Below, one piece after another: positions 25,006 to 38,774 of a DNA stretch of 64,000 nucleotides; positions within the stretch are counted from its first letter, which is position 1, and the number at the start of each line of letters is the position of its first letter. Position numbers and translations under genes: made by a program. Below the pieces are notes generated by a model. It did no database searches and had not been told where the DNA came from. It saw only the letters and a program-made list of their open reading frames with translations. Origin of the DNA: Ginglymostoma cirratum (taxonomy: Eukaryota); the NCBI GenBank assembly GCA_024137785.1, contig JAHRHZ010000062.1:26894244-26958243 (forward strand). Direction: 5' to 3'.

Positions 25006-25932
25006 ATTCATTTTTATTTGCAGTCTCTCCCACCTTTTTGACCTGCCTTCTTGATTGATGCTAGACTATAACCTCCTGGTCACCAGCAACTCTCCAAGCC
25101 CTCCAATTGACCATTCATCATGTATGAATCCAAAGAATGGACGCCAACAGACTATTTGTCAAGTACCTAGATTCGCAATGCCCATACTTTCCAACGCAAC
25201 TGACTAGGATCACAAGCCAGAATCCTTCTTCATTAATTGTTCCTTCTTCCAACCACAAGTAAACTGAAGCCAGTTATAGTGACTCGGCTGGTAGCCTAGC
25301 TGAGACCAGTTAACTCACCACAGATGAAGTGATTAAGTGAACCATTGCCTTAGTTTTGGGTTGAGGTTATGTGCACATGCAGAGAACAGCCCTGGATAGT
25401 TGTGCATTTGCCAACTCTGTACTCTAGCATCAAGCATTCTCAGTTAAACTTCAGTAAAAATTATTGCTCCCGTGACTCAATATCTTGAGAATCTTCTGTA
25501 CAAGAAATAACTCCAGATATTGGTTACATGAGTGTGGCTCGCAACTAGCATCTTCACTTCTTACAGCTTAAATATTTGCAAATACTTGGTCATGATGCGT
25601 TAAATTGCTGTGCATTCATTGAAAATATACACAGAAACATTACCTGCTCCTTACTAAGTTATAACTAGCATTCTGAACACTGATCTGCTCAAACATGATC
25701 TCCAAACAAAGCTTTATCCGGTACAGCAGCATAGATTTTACAGCATGTATCCTAGCAAACTGCTCTAAATATGACTGGTCAACCACTGTTAACTGAGATC
25801 GTCATTCTCCGCAAGTCCAAAATTAGTGTAAGGGGAGGTTATGGCTTGTATTTTGGTAGTTGTTTCTTCTGCCAATAAAAAACTTGTTGAGAATTGCAAT
25901 AAGTTTATACCTCAGTATTTCTCCATCAATTT

Positions 25933-26925
25933 TGTTTCACAGGGATCGGTTCTGGGTCTGCTTTTGTTTGTCATTTATGTGAACGATTTGGATGACAATA
26001 TAGAGGCGTGGTTAGTAAGTTTGTGGATGACACCAAAATTGAGGGAATAGTAGACAGTGAAGAAGTTTTCCTAAATTACAAACGGATCTTAATCATATGG
26101 GTGAATAGGCTGAGAAATGGAAGATGGAGTTCTATCTGAATAATTGCGAGGTAATGCATTTTGGTACAACAAACAAGGGTAGGGCTTTTACAATTAATGA
26201 TAAGGCCTTGGGTAGTGTTGTAGAACAGATGGACCTTGGGGTGCAGGTACATAATTCTTTGAAGTTTGCATCACATATAGACAGGGTAGTTAAAAAGGCG
26301 TTTGGCACACTTGCCTTCATTGCTCAGTCCTTTGTCTAGAGGAGTTGGCAAGTCATGTCGAGGTTGTATACGACACTGGTGAGGCCTCTTCTGGAATATT
26401 TTGTCCAGTTGTGGTTGCCCAGTTATAGGAAGGATGTTATTAAGCTGGAGAAGGTTAGAACAGATTTACGAGGATGTTGTTGGGATTGGAGGGTTTGATT
26501 TATAAAGAAAGGTTGGATAATCTGGGACATTTTTCACTGGAGTGTAGGAGGTTGACGGCCAACCTTATAGAAGTTTATAAAATAATGAGGGGTATAGATG
26601 GGTTTAATAGTAGTTGTCTTTTCCTTAGGATGGGGTATTTCAAGACTAGGGGGTACATTTTTGAGGTGAGAGGAAAAAGATTTAAAAAAGACATGACAGG
26701 AAAATTTTTCACACAGAGGGTGGTTCATGTATGGAATGAACTTCCTGAGGAAGTGGTGGATGTGGGTAAATTACAATGTTTAAAAGATATTTGGAAAGTA
26801 CATGAATAGGAAAGGTTTGGAGAGATTTGGCAGGTGGGACTAGTTTAGTTTGAGATTATGTTCAGCATGTGCTCATTAGACCAAAGGGTCTGTTTCCCTG
26901 CTGTGTGACTCTATGACTCTAAGTC
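25933..26925 (+). mobile_element. CR1 (HER1-like) LINE, 5'-truncated, ~1 kb
   Basis: VSQGSVLGLLLFVIYVNDLD, CEVMHFG, DLGVQVHNSLK and FFTQRVVHVWNELPEEVV (ORFs 25841, 26124, 26474). The 3' end has a (TGACTCTA)2 tail. Confidence 0.93.
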
Positions 26926-28089
26926 TAAGCAACAAGTGAATAAACTAAACCTGACATTTTAGAAACTATTATTTAATCCACCCATTGATGATTAACATTC
27001 CTATGCAAAAAATGTTGATATAAGCAATTGTTGTGGACTTTACCTACAAGAAAAACATCTCACATGGAGTCATTGATAGCCATAATAAAGGGAAGGAGAG
27101 AAAGGGGTATTTGTCTTATTCATCTTGGATGTGACTCAGGTTAGGTTCAAATGATAACTGGACTGTGTTCCAGAAAAAGATAAAAAGGCAGAAAATTTTC
27201 ATTCGGTGCTGGAATGAGATTTATGGTCAAACTCTCAGGGATGATGGAACAAGACTCTAACTGTGCCAAGGAATATATTGCTGGACAGAGAGGAGGTTTT
27301 TATATCATAACTTTGTTCAATTTGAATCTATAATCTGAAGACAGCTAGGCAGTATTATGATAATTGAATCAGCTGAAACAACACTACCATAATAGCAACA
27401 GAGAAGCTTAGGCCATCATTGTAACTTAGTGTACTTTAAAGACTCATAAAGAATTTCAACTGTATTGCTTTGCACTTATCCATAACTTACTTATTAGTGG
27501 CTCCTAGGTGACAGTAGCGAGCATTGGAATAAATAATTTCTGAGTCACTTCTTATACCCCATGTAACTAGGATATAATTTACTACAGGTACTGGCCTGAT
27601 GGTGTTCAGGTCTTGCGGAGACTTGCAGCCTGTTTTATGTTCTCTTGGCATCATTCAGTGTTTGAGTACATTTATTTTTATAACAAATTATTGTCAAGAA
27701 GACAATTATTCTATGATTCAACCTCACAAAATATTTAAACTAACTGCCTGGATCTGCCTAGGGCTGTAGGCCAAAACTGTCAAGTATGTTTAACAATGGA
27801 GTGACAAAACACTTCTGTCTCTTCAACAGACACAAACTGCACACATTAGCTTGCAATGAAAGCGTGCACAATGAATGAATCAAAAATACTTTGCTTTAAA
27901 CAACCTGCACACTTCAGTTTACCTACTTATGAAAGCATTTTAAAAGCAACCACTTCTAGATACAGATATGAATCCTCAATACTTGAACAGCTTTTCAGAA
28001 TTGGAATGTATTCGACCTTCTGTTTTTATAACTGTTATATCTCATTACTGAAGATTTGATGAATATGCAAAATTCTTCTAAATTGTAAG

Positions 28090-28530
28090 TTAGTTCAAAA
28101 AAATCTTAATTGTGTCTCTCCTGAGAGGCGTAATTCTTTGATTTCTAGTTCCATCCCAGAACCGGAGCACAAAGCTCAAGTCTGAATCTATATTGCAGTA
28201 CTGAGGGAGTGCTGTACTGTTGGAGATAATGTCTTTTGGATGTAAAGTTAAGGATCTATCTGCAGCCCCCAAGATTCCATGGCATTGTTTTAAAGAAGTA
28301 CAGGGCAGCTATTTCCGATGTAAGGCCAAAATTTATCCCACAACCTATATCATGAGAAAAATTCTGATTATGATCAATTTGCCGTTGTGGGTGTTCACTA
28401 TGCAAAGTAAATGGCGACTGCACTTCTTAAGTTACAACAGTGACTTTGCTTCAGAAATACTTCATTGGCTTTAAAGCACTTTCAGGCATCCAGTGACTAT
28501 GTTGCATAAATCTGTCGTTTTCTTTTCTTC
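28090..28530 (+). mobile_element. Deu-domain SINE, near full length
   Basis: gcagtactgagggagtgctgtactgttggag...gattccatggcattgttttaaagaag...ttacaacagtgactttgcttcagaaatacttcattggctttaaagcacttt; reverse complement of the copy at 21236. Confidence 0.75.
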
Positions 28531-29989
28531 TTTTAACTTGTATTTATTTTTGTACGCCAAATAAAAGGTAGGAAGTTCAAAGGAAAAGGGGCCTAGTTTT
28601 ATAGCATAAAAACCTGTACACTTTTTAATAATGTATTCATTTAAAATCATAACAATGTAGCTTGTCAGCCTTGCTACCCAAATTAAAATGTTGAACAACA
28701 GGCAGTCACCCTTTTTGAAATGTAAAATGGGTCTGCACCTGTTTGTCTTTGAACATTTTGCTTGATGCTAGTGTTAAGACAAAGGTGTCCACTGATAAGT
28801 GCTTTTGTAGCTTTATTTAATCTTGTGTCAGCTCTTATTAAGGTATTAAATGGAGCGTGCCAGTGTTTCTAGGTTTATCATGTTCCGCACCCCTAATCAT
28901 AATGATTTTACTTAATGAGAGCTAATAAAACATCAACTATCACTTACAGCATGGATTTAATATATAAAGTTTGTTGTTACATTTTTAACGCCTGTATGAA
29001 TTTATATCAATTTCTGCAAAAATGACACCCACTGATATTTGAAGTTGTATCTCTCCTTGCTCTATTACCCCTTCCAATATTTATTTTAAACCTATTGCAG
29101 TGATGTTTCCATGGTCAACACCACTTATCAATCATGCATAAAAAGAAAAATGACTTATGTGCCAAGGTACTATCTAGATATATCATGGGTCTTTTATTTT
29201 TGATGCTTTATGAGGGGAGAATGTCCTAAAAGCAATACTCTTCAAACTGATATCAAATTGTGCCACTTGATGAACTGGCAACAAAGTGTGTATCTGGAGT
29301 CTCGATGGCAAATTGCATAAATGACAATTTTGTCATCACATCAGCTATTGAGGATGATGATGGAATGATGCCAAAATACAAATGGAATTCAGGCACGTGT
29401 GTGGCACCATCCCCAAGAGAGCTGCATCTTGATCAAGCTGTTTAAATTGTTAAGCGAACAGCAAAACTTTGCTTCCAGTCTGCCAAACTAGCAAATTTCA
29501 AGATTAATCTGGTTACCACCTGTGGGATACCTAGAGCATAAATGTAAGTGGTGGAAGTTTCAATGTGAAAGCAGCTTCAAAATGCTACACACACAATTAA
29601 AAGGCAATAGATACCTTCTTTCAATGAAATAAAACTGATCAGTAGTTTGTGCACCTCACCATTTTGTGGCAAGGTTTTGACAGGATTATGTGGTGGGATT
29701 AATCTAATGTGTAGATTCAGGATTGAATAGCCTTGCACTATGAGCAAGCAATTCCAAATGCTGAACCTATTGCCCAAGTATCTTCCAAATCAGTAATAGT
29801 CCAGCTCTTCTTTTCTTGGACTAAATAGATGCATGTGCTGGAGTCTCTGTTGGCTTTATTGCATGTGGATTGGCTTACTGAAGAAATGTAAATCTTTATA
29901 TCAATGTAGTGGGCTTTGGTGAGAACAGAGTTAGAGTGTTCCGTACAGATTTTGTTTTCTATATCTAGCTGATTTGGAGATGGCACAAC

Positions 29990-30440
29990 AAAGGCTAGTT
30001 AGATTTATTTCTGGGCCTAAAAGACTAGCTTTCTGATGAGAGACTGAACAGTTTATTATTAAATTACTGGAGTTTAGAAGAATGAGAGGTCCTTCAATTG
30101 AAACATAAAGATATAAAAAGGGACTTCACAGAGTGGACCCTGAAAAGTTGGTTCCCTGCCTTGAGAAAGCTAGCATGAAAGGGAACAGTCTCAGGATAAG
30201 GGTGAATTCTTAGGATTGAAATGGGGAGACATTTCTTCACTCAAAGGACTGTGAACGTTTGGAATTAGTGACCCTGGGTCCTCCATCATTTATAGTTAAT
30301 ATAGACAGGAAGTCAAGGGATTTGTTGAGCATGCATAGAAATATAGAGTACAAAAAAATCATTTACAATGATATTGAATGAAGGAGCAGGTTTCAGGCAT
30401 TGTATGGTCTTCTCCTCTGTCTATTTCCTTTGCCCTTGTA
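29990..30440 (+). mobile_element. Old CR1 3' fragment
   Basis: ctggagtttagaagaatgagagg...atttcttcactcaaaggactgtgaacgtttggaatt (FFTQRxVNxWN). Confidence 0.7.
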
Positions 30441-31091
30441 TACCTTCTTTACAGAATGAACAAACAGTCATTGACAACACATTGTTCATGTTGCCAGGAT
30501 GTCCTGAAGCTCTTCATAGCCAGTGTAGTATTTTTCTTTCATTGAAGTTCATTTAATACTGTAGGGAAATGTGCAGTCAGGGTAAGGTCCCACAAACAGT
30601 AAAAAGCAAATGACCAGATAAGATTCATTCTCTTCAATTCTGTAGCTACCAAAGGTTTCACATGTACTATGCACTATTATATTATTTATCTCAGATCCAT
30701 GTTTTCAGAATTTTGCAAAATGATTTGGATGAAGTAACATCATTATGTCATTGTACTTCATCTTTCCAGAATCCTGCCCTATTAACTTCTGGCCGAAATT
30801 TTTGAGACATATTAATGATGAGCTGACAGGTCAGGGAGGCTGAGCAAATACACTCCCAGTTTCCATCACTTCCTGAAGTGGGGAAACATATCAAGGGAGT
30901 CAAAGGATACATGGGACTGTGGTATTTGAAATACAAATAGATCACCTGTGATGTGATTGAATGTCGGGGCGGGTTTGAGGGACTGAATGGTCTACTTGTG
31001 TTCCTATTTCTAATGTTCATTTATTCACATTTCATAGTCTCTCACTTTCTGCCTCAGCAAAGGATTCCTGACATTGGCTGAGGTATTATAC

Positions 31092-31775
31092 TGTCATAAA
31101 GCCATACAGCACAGAAACAGACCCTTCAGTCCAACTTGTCCATGCCGACCTGGTTTCCCAAACTAAACTAGTCCCCTTTGCTTGCACAAAAACAGAAGTT
31201 GCTGGAAAAGACTCAGCCAGTCTGGCAGCATCTGTGAGGAAAAAAAGAATCAGAGATAACATTTTGGGTCCGGTGACCCTTCCTCAGAACTGTTCTTTCT
31301 GTCCCCATTTGCTTGCATTGGGCCTGTATCACTCTAAATTCTTCCTATTCATGTTCCTGTCCAAATGTTGTAGCTATGCGTGCATCTACAACTTCCTCTG
31401 GCAGTTCATTCAACACAAGTACCACCCTCTGTGTGGGAAAGTTGTCCTTTATGTCCCATTTAAATCTTTCTTCTCTCACCTCAAAATTATGCCCTCTAGT
31501 TTTGAACTCCCCCATCCTAGAGAAAAGACCTTTGTTATTCATCTTATCTATGCCCCTCATGATTTTATAAACCTCTATAAAAGGTCACCCCTCAACTTCC
31601 GATGCTCTAGAGAAAAAAAACCCAGTCTATCCAGCCTCTTCTTAATACTCAAACCCTCCAGTCCTGGTGATATCCTTGTAAATCTTTTCTGCATCATCTC
31701 TAATGTTATGATGTCCTTCCTATTACTAAAGTGACTAGAAATGTACACAGTACTCCAAAAGTGGCCTCACCAACC
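31092..31775 (-). mobile_element. CR1 (HER1-like) 3' fragment interrupted by a PLE insertion
   Basis: ORF 31345-31560 reads MRGIDKMNNKGLFSRMGEFKTRGHNFEVR...TQRVVLVLNELPEEVV. The 3' UTR is split at 31186/31301. Confidence 0.9.
31187..31300 (-). mobile_element. Penelope-like terminal fragment (second family) with decayed hammerhead and ~16-bp TSD
   Basis: Flanked by GTCCCCTTTGCTTGCA (31171-31186) and GTCCCCATTTGCTTGCA (31301-31317). Minus strand reads agttCTGAGGA-A-GGGTC-accg-GACCC-aAAAtGTT. Confidence 0.75.
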
Positions 31776-33014
31776 CTGAGAAATGGACAACAAAATAGCT
31801 AACTGCCATTCTCTTGTTCATTTTTCAATTCAATGCCCTGACCAATCAGAATCAATCTGTCTGGTTTAAAATTTAAACGAAGCAAAGCAATTGGTTGCCA
31901 GTCATCACTAACCAGTGCACTCTCCATTGATAATGCCTCGATCAATCAGAATTTATTAGCCAACTAATCAATAAATTCCCCTTATGTAGCATTAATGTGG
32001 TTTTCCCTTTATGTTGTTATTTTTGGGAATTATCTTGAGGAGTTCAAGAAAAGACTCTGCAAATTGTGTCTTATATCAGTAATATTTGAGTTCTGTAAGA
32101 CTAAATAACATGATACGTTCTAATTGTTTGATAACGTCTATCTAAGACCCCTGGCTAAACATGCTTTAAAACTGTAATATCACTCTTATAATGAACAGTA
32201 GCTTGCACCATTAACTGAAGCACTCTACCTCTGGCTACAGACTTGATCTGATTGGTGTTGCTGTCTTACAGAGTGTTGGTTCCTGTAGGTTGATACATTA
32301 TTTCAGTTAATGCTCGTGCCTAGTTGAAGAATCAGAAGAGTGAAATCCATATGTATTGTGCTACTTGTACTAGTGGGGTGAAAACCTGACTGGCTCAGTC
32401 AGTCTCTCAGGGACAGATTCAGACATTGGCGCTACCTGTGTGGCATTCTCCAAAGATGTGGTTTGTAGGTGATTGCAATCCCTGTACATGCCTAATCCCT
32501 TTAAATTGGTGCTATTCTGACATTGCACAACCCAGTTGGCTCATCTGGTCCCATCAAGAACTTCATCTGACTCCTTTGCAACAATAAATGACAAGAAATT
32601 GTGTTTTCTGCTGAACAGGCAAATGAACCATTCGTTATCCCTTGCTCCTTGCTCAGCGTTCTGAACACCTCTATTCACTATTCACTGTTTTAATGGTACA
32701 GGTTTTTGTTTTCTTGCCTCAACCTACAACTAAAGTAATTTATCTCTGGTACTGACTTATCCTGCTCCTTTCTGTCCCCTCCATCGACCTAGCATTCTTG
32801 AGGTAAAAACTGGCCTTATTATTCTAACCATTGGTTTGTTTTGGTTTGCTTCAGCTCTCAGGTTTTGCCCTTTGCTTCTGTACTCCATTCAATCTATTCC
32901 ATTTCTCTAATAAAAGCCTAAGATGCCACATTGAAGTCAGACATGGAGATATTAGTGTGCCTTTTAAACACAAAATATCCAATAAGGGTCCTCTCCTTTC
33001 TCTAGTAAACTGTA

Positions 33015-33325
33015 TAAGATAATAACAGACCATTTAGCCCAACATGCCAATGCTTTGCATAAGTCTTCTTCCACTTCTCTCCAACCAATGCAATCAGCAT
33101 AACCTTATATTTCTTTCTCTCTCATGTTTGAGGTGAAGAGCACAGATACTTTCAATCAGTCCTTGCAATCAGGTGTTCTACATTCTGAATACCTTGTGTA
33201 AAAAAAAGTTTCTCCTGAACAGCCTTTTGGATTTATGAGTGACTGTTAGATATTTATAACTCCTGGTTGTGGTCTCACTCATAAATGTCAAAATCTACCT
33301 CATTAAATCTTTTCACTGTCCTGAG
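33015..33325 (-). mobile_element. Old CR1 3' fragment
   Basis: ataacagaccatttagcccaac...ttctacattctgaataccttgtgtaaaaaaaagtttctcctgaa. Confidence 0.5.
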
Positions 33326-35249
33326 TTTTTTAAAAATTTATTCATAGAATGCAGATGTTGCATTTATTGTCCATCCTGAATTGTCCTTGAGAAGTCTGTG
33401 GTGATGTCTAATGAGATGATCAGATATCACACAGTTGCCTTTAGTTTAAATTGCTCCAGGGTGCATAGAAAGTAAGGTTTGTAGTGTGTGTTTTGTAGAA
33501 GAATGCTTAGCAATAAACTTATGGGAGAGGCACTGGGGATCAGATTTGAACTTGAAAACATTTAAAGAGTTTCAGTATGGTGACCTGTGCAGAAAAGTTC
33601 ATCATTTTTTTCTGCTTGATTACCTTTGGTGATGAAAGAGTATTTTACATAAAATATTCTCTTGGAAAATTAAGCAAATGGGACCTATGATAAGGTGGGT
33701 TGTATATGATCTTTGAAAGGCAGAGTTTTGTTACACCGGATACAATTTCTCATTCTATGTTTTGTAATTTACTTCGGGCCTTTTATATTCCGATTTCATA
33801 TGTACATTACAATTTTGCAATGTTCTGAAAGAGGGACACTTATGCCATTACCTTCTTGTGCTTGACACATACAATATATATGGAAAGGAAACTTGAATTA
33901 AGATTTGGTAACAAGAAAAGTTTAAGACATTGCCTTTTTAAAAATGAAAAGACTCTCAATTGGCCACTGAACCATGCTCTTGGAGCTTGACTGTTTCCTA
34001 GAAAAGTCTAATTCGTGAATCATTTCATCTTTCTTGAATGGGGCCTGATTATTTGGCTGTTTGCAGGTTCCCAGCCTTTTCACATCACTAAAAAGGATGT
34101 TAATATGAACAGAGTGTTAAAAATAGCCTGGCCTGACCATTATACTCGTTGCTTCTCTAAGCATGGCTAATAGGTGCTGCGTGGATTCAGACAATGAAAA
34201 TAAACAGCATTGTTAGTACTTGGAAGTTCTGCAGTGATGTAACCATGGATATTGTGAAGCAAAAGAAAACGAATCACTGTTTGCACTAGGCAAAAAGGAA
34301 TTTTATCAGGCAAATGTCATGGGTTAGAATTGAATATGTCAGCTTTATAAAATGCTTTAATTTTCACAGTAGAAGAGAAATACAGCTTGCTTTTACCACA
34401 TGTGGATACTTAGATGTATACACATTTGCATGCAGGCCTTGAATCTCCTCATCATTCGAATATTTCTTTTTACTCAGAGATCTTGGTCTGCTTCTTAACC
34501 ATGCGTGCTTTCTGTCTGCTGCATTTTCAAATTGTAAGCTGAACATTTTTACCTTAACTAACTACTCTTTGCTCAGAATGCACAGCTCACTGGATTTACA
34601 GCTTAAGTTACTCACAGGCCTATCCTGCATGATATTCCACATGCTGGTTGCCATAAGTAGTCATTACCTTTCTACCAAAATGAACATCAAATGAACCTAT
34701 ACTTGTTTAGTGGAAAAATGTCCTCATCTGGGCAACATAATGTGCCATGTTGGGGATACAAGAAAACACTTATTGCAATGTTACTTTGGAGCATGTGAGT
34801 TGTGAATTCACAAATTTTAAAACAATGTATTTGATGCTGAGATGCTATAATACAGGTGTTCTGTCAACATGCTCATATTAATTGATGAGAATATACTGAT
34901 GCATATTGACACCAATGTTTGGATATAACTGAGAAAGGCAAGTTTTTCCTTTTTGTCACCCTGTTCAATTCACTGATATTTTGATGGTAATGTATCTTAC
35001 TAGAATGATTAGAGTATGAGAAATTGATGAAATGACCATGTGTGGGGCAAGTGGTATGACATCTCACAATAGATCCCCACATTTAGGAGAGTTCACATTT
35101 TTAAAGTACATTGACATACATTGAGGTCATCCTAAAGCACTTTACAATCAACAGATTACTTGGAAAATGCCACCATGACTGACACGCAGGGAAATATAGA
35201 AGAAAGACCTCACAACTAACAGAGAGATTCTCAACCATCAGTTTTTAAG

Positions 35250-35410
35250 ACTCATTGAGTTATACAGCACGGCAACAGACCCTTCAGTCGAACTTGCCCA
35301 TGCTGTCTAGGTATCCTAAACTGATCTAGTGCCATTTACCAGCATTTGTCCCATATGCCTCTAAACCCTTCCTATTCATATACCCATCCAGATGCCTTTT
35401 AAATGTTTTC
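35250..35410 (-). mobile_element. CR1 3' UTR fragment
   Basis: Close match to 14050-14200 (ctctaaacccttcctattcatata...ccatccagatgc). Confidence 0.85.
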
Positions 35411-35997
35411 ATGTTTGAAGGAAGAAAAATCTTTGTCTGCTTGCTCATGTCACTATTTAAAGAATAACAAGGACTTGGTTGACACATTACCTGACAGACA
35501 ACAATTGTAGCAATAGTATACTTCCTCAGAATTGAGGATTATGCAATCAATTCTTGGACAGAAGATTGAACTCACAGGCCAATACTCCCCTTTAAAATTA
35601 ATGACTGAAATATGATGGCTGGCAAGTGCAAAAATGTTGGTCACTACTTCCTGATTTATATATAAAAAGTTCTACCTTTGAGCCAATCTATAGTACACCT
35701 GAATGTCAACATTTACTGGAGTGTGGTTAGATTTGCTTCCCAAATACCATCATTTTGCTTAAAATGCCCCAAAAAAAACCAAAGTGAACAAATGTGAGAA
35801 ATGGACCCCTTGACCTCAGCAATACAACATCAGGGAAATTTTAACGCCTTAGCCTCTTCAAAGCTATTGGGTATACCCCGCTGGTTGGCATACAGGAATG
35901 GATTGCTGCATTGTGGGATACCATTGGCAAAGACTGCTTGAAACAAATCTAAAGGTATTCTTTTCATGGGAAAATTAAGATGTTACATAAATTTGGA

Positions 35998-36190
35998 GAC
36001 CATGTGGTGCAGGGGTAGCATCCCTGCCATTGAGCCAGAAGGTCAAGGTTCAAGTCTCACTCTAGGATTTGATGGCCAAAGAAGGGGTGTGCTAATAACG
36101 TGGCCAGGCAGGTTGAGGATTAACATGAAAATTCACTCAATAACTATCAAAGGCAAATAGTGGGAGAGATTCCTGCTCAACCATGAAATG
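35998..36190 (+). mobile_element. tRNA-headed SINE
   Basis: A-box-like gtggtgcaggggtagc and B-box-like ggttcaagtc. Related to 21602. Confidence 0.6.
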
Positions 36191-36460
36191 GAAAAAAAAG
36201 GAACCTTTAACATCACAATCCATAGATCCAGCCTGCAACATGCTTGTAAAAGCACATGTTGCCACAGTAATGCGTAGTCCTGGGGTTGTGGGGGTGGGAG
36301 TTCTGCTAACTGTTTCAGATGGTAGAATAGATAACGTGGATCAGTGTGTTCCCAACAGTGCAGCGTGAGATCCTCCTTTAGCCTGGATTGAATTCAGGAC
36401 CTACTCCCTCATTGAAAGTGTGCAGGCTATGGTACCTTGGATCAAAAAAGACTACTAAAA

Positions 36461-36765
36461 AGAATCTATAGAATTCCTGCAATGTGCAAACAGGCCATTT
36501 AGCCCAACAAGTCCATACCGACTCTCCAAAGAGCATCCCACCCAGACTCAACACCCCCTACCCTATCCCTGTGACTCTGCATTTCCCATGGCCAATCCAC
36601 CTAACCTGCACTTCTTTGGACTGTGGGAGGAAACAGGAGAACCCAAAAGGAAACCTATGCAGACACAGGGAGAATGTGCAAACTCCACAATGACCGAGGC
36701 TAGAACTGAACCTGGGTCCCGGGCACTGTGAGGTGACGGTGCCAACCACTGAGCCACTATGCTGC
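36461..36765 (-). mobile_element. HE1-like V-SINE
   Basis: Reverse complement reads gcagcatagtggctcagtggttggcaccgtcacctcacagtgcccgggacccaggttcagttc, then a V domain and a CR1-type tail. Confidence 0.88.
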
Positions 36766-38774
36766 AACCTATGAGTGATACACTGGTCAGAAAGTTTTGT
36801 GAGATCATGTAGGTACTTTCAGCTCAATTCACCCAAAATCAGATAAACCAGTGCAAAACTATGATATTTCAAGCGCAGATTCCACATTACAAATTGAGTT
36901 TCCACAATCTTGCATTAGTTCAAGCACTTACCCTCCCCAGAAAGCTAGCCATATCCCCAGTCAAATTACTCACCATCGAAGGTTCCTGATAATTGTGCCT
37001 ATTTTTGGGCCTTTGAGGAGGTAATTTGAATAAATTTGTTCTTTTAGTTGGAAGGTCATTAAGTGAGAACTTTCATGAATTTCTAATTTCTTTTAGATTG
37101 AGAAATTGACTTCTGTTCATTAACATAACAACCAAATGGTTTCATATTATTTTGTGAGCATCTTTTTTTTAAGTTGTTCAAAATGTAATTACTCACAGGA
37201 TTTTTAAAAAATCATAGGCTGGGGAAGCAGTTGAAGTTTTATGCTGAGGTTAGTAATCATATGAACAGTTGTGAAGTTGCAAAGAATGGATTTCTCAGGG
37301 CAGTCAATCAGTAAGTGGTCATGGTCGGGTTGTTATTGTTAGAGCTGTTCCTCCTGTTCCATATATTTCCTGACACAATTTCAAGTGGTTCAGGGTTATC
37401 CATTTTGGCTGTGAAATGTCCAAACCTGGGTCTTTAACCAGTTGGGTCAGTTTCTAGATCTTGCTAGGAGATGTCTGCAGTCAACAAGAAGGTGGATTAA
37501 GAAGTGGGGCTGTTGTCAGTTTGTAGAGTATGAAAAGTGTTACAGTAAGGCACATGGGATTTCAGACGAGTGCATGGATTTTGAGGTCCTGTGTTAACGG
37601 GAGAGCTTTGTTAGCTGTCAGCTGGTGTATTCTTTGGGGAGGATGTTTTCCTGGTGGACATCAGGAGAGTCAATACAGGCACTAGCTCAAACTGCCCAGT
37701 TTTGGGTTTGATCACTCACCCTTTACCCAATGCCAAAATACCTTGGCCTCACTCTTAACCATTTAATGACCTAATGGTAATATCACACACGGGTGATCAA
37801 GGCACTCTGATTAAAATTACTTATTTTCTGTACTAACCCTATTTTGAGCTGTGTAACATAACTACACTTGTTTACCACTCCATATGTCAAGGAATATGTT
37901 TAAAGCAAAATTTCAAAAAAAATGTATACACAAAAATACTATCTAATTGTGCTGGTTTTGTGGCAGATTATATACTATTCAAACTTGAGTGCAAAATTCA
38001 CTTTACAAACTGTGCACAATTTTGAGCATGATTTGTACCCAAATGGCCAATTATATCCAAAGTAGAAACTTTTGGCCAGTGTATAATGTGAAGTTAGTCA
38101 AAACCTCACTGTACAGCAATCTAAGCATGCTTTACAAGTCCTCATCCAAAATGAATTAAATCACTTTGATCATTGCATCAAAAGGCTCCATCTGCTCTTC
38201 AAGCAAAATCACAACAAGCAATTCAAAAATTCATGACTACAAGGCAAAGGGAAGAAATGCAGAGGGGAAAAAAGTGAACTAAAAAGTTTGTGCACTTAAA
38301 TTTGAATACACATGAGAAAGAGACTGAGGTTCTAAGTAACCCACTTCACCTAATTTTCCCACCACTACAGGTGATAGAGACTCAGTCTTATAGGGTTGTA
38401 TAGCCATTTTATTTCTGGCTTTCAAAATGGTGCTAAAACATTGAATATGGCATATACAAGGAACATTTCCTTCTACTTTTTCTGTATTTTTGATTGAGGA
38501 TTGAAATGGGAAAAAAAGGTGATTTAAATACTAAGGTTTGTGGTAGGGATTACTACACTTTTTTAAAGGCAACCTACCAGCACTTGTTCTAAGTCCTGTT
38601 TAGACCATTGTTTGTTTAGTCAGTGGGGGATTTTTAGTTACAGACAAACTGACACCAAGAGGATGTATGCAAAATGAGATTTGACCTGCAACAAGTAGCT
38701 GATTTGTCTGTGGGTTTGTGACTAGTTGTTGATGACAAGACCTGCCAACTATGTGACTAGGCTCCCAGGAAACG

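Noticed and set aside
29260-29445. 61-aa ORF with protein-like composition
   Set aside because: No recognisable family and no clear acceptor/donor pair; it may be non-coding unique sequence.
31780-32110. Possible third PLE terminus with hammerhead (cttgaggagttcaagaaaaga)
   Set aside because: The core is too degenerate to support.
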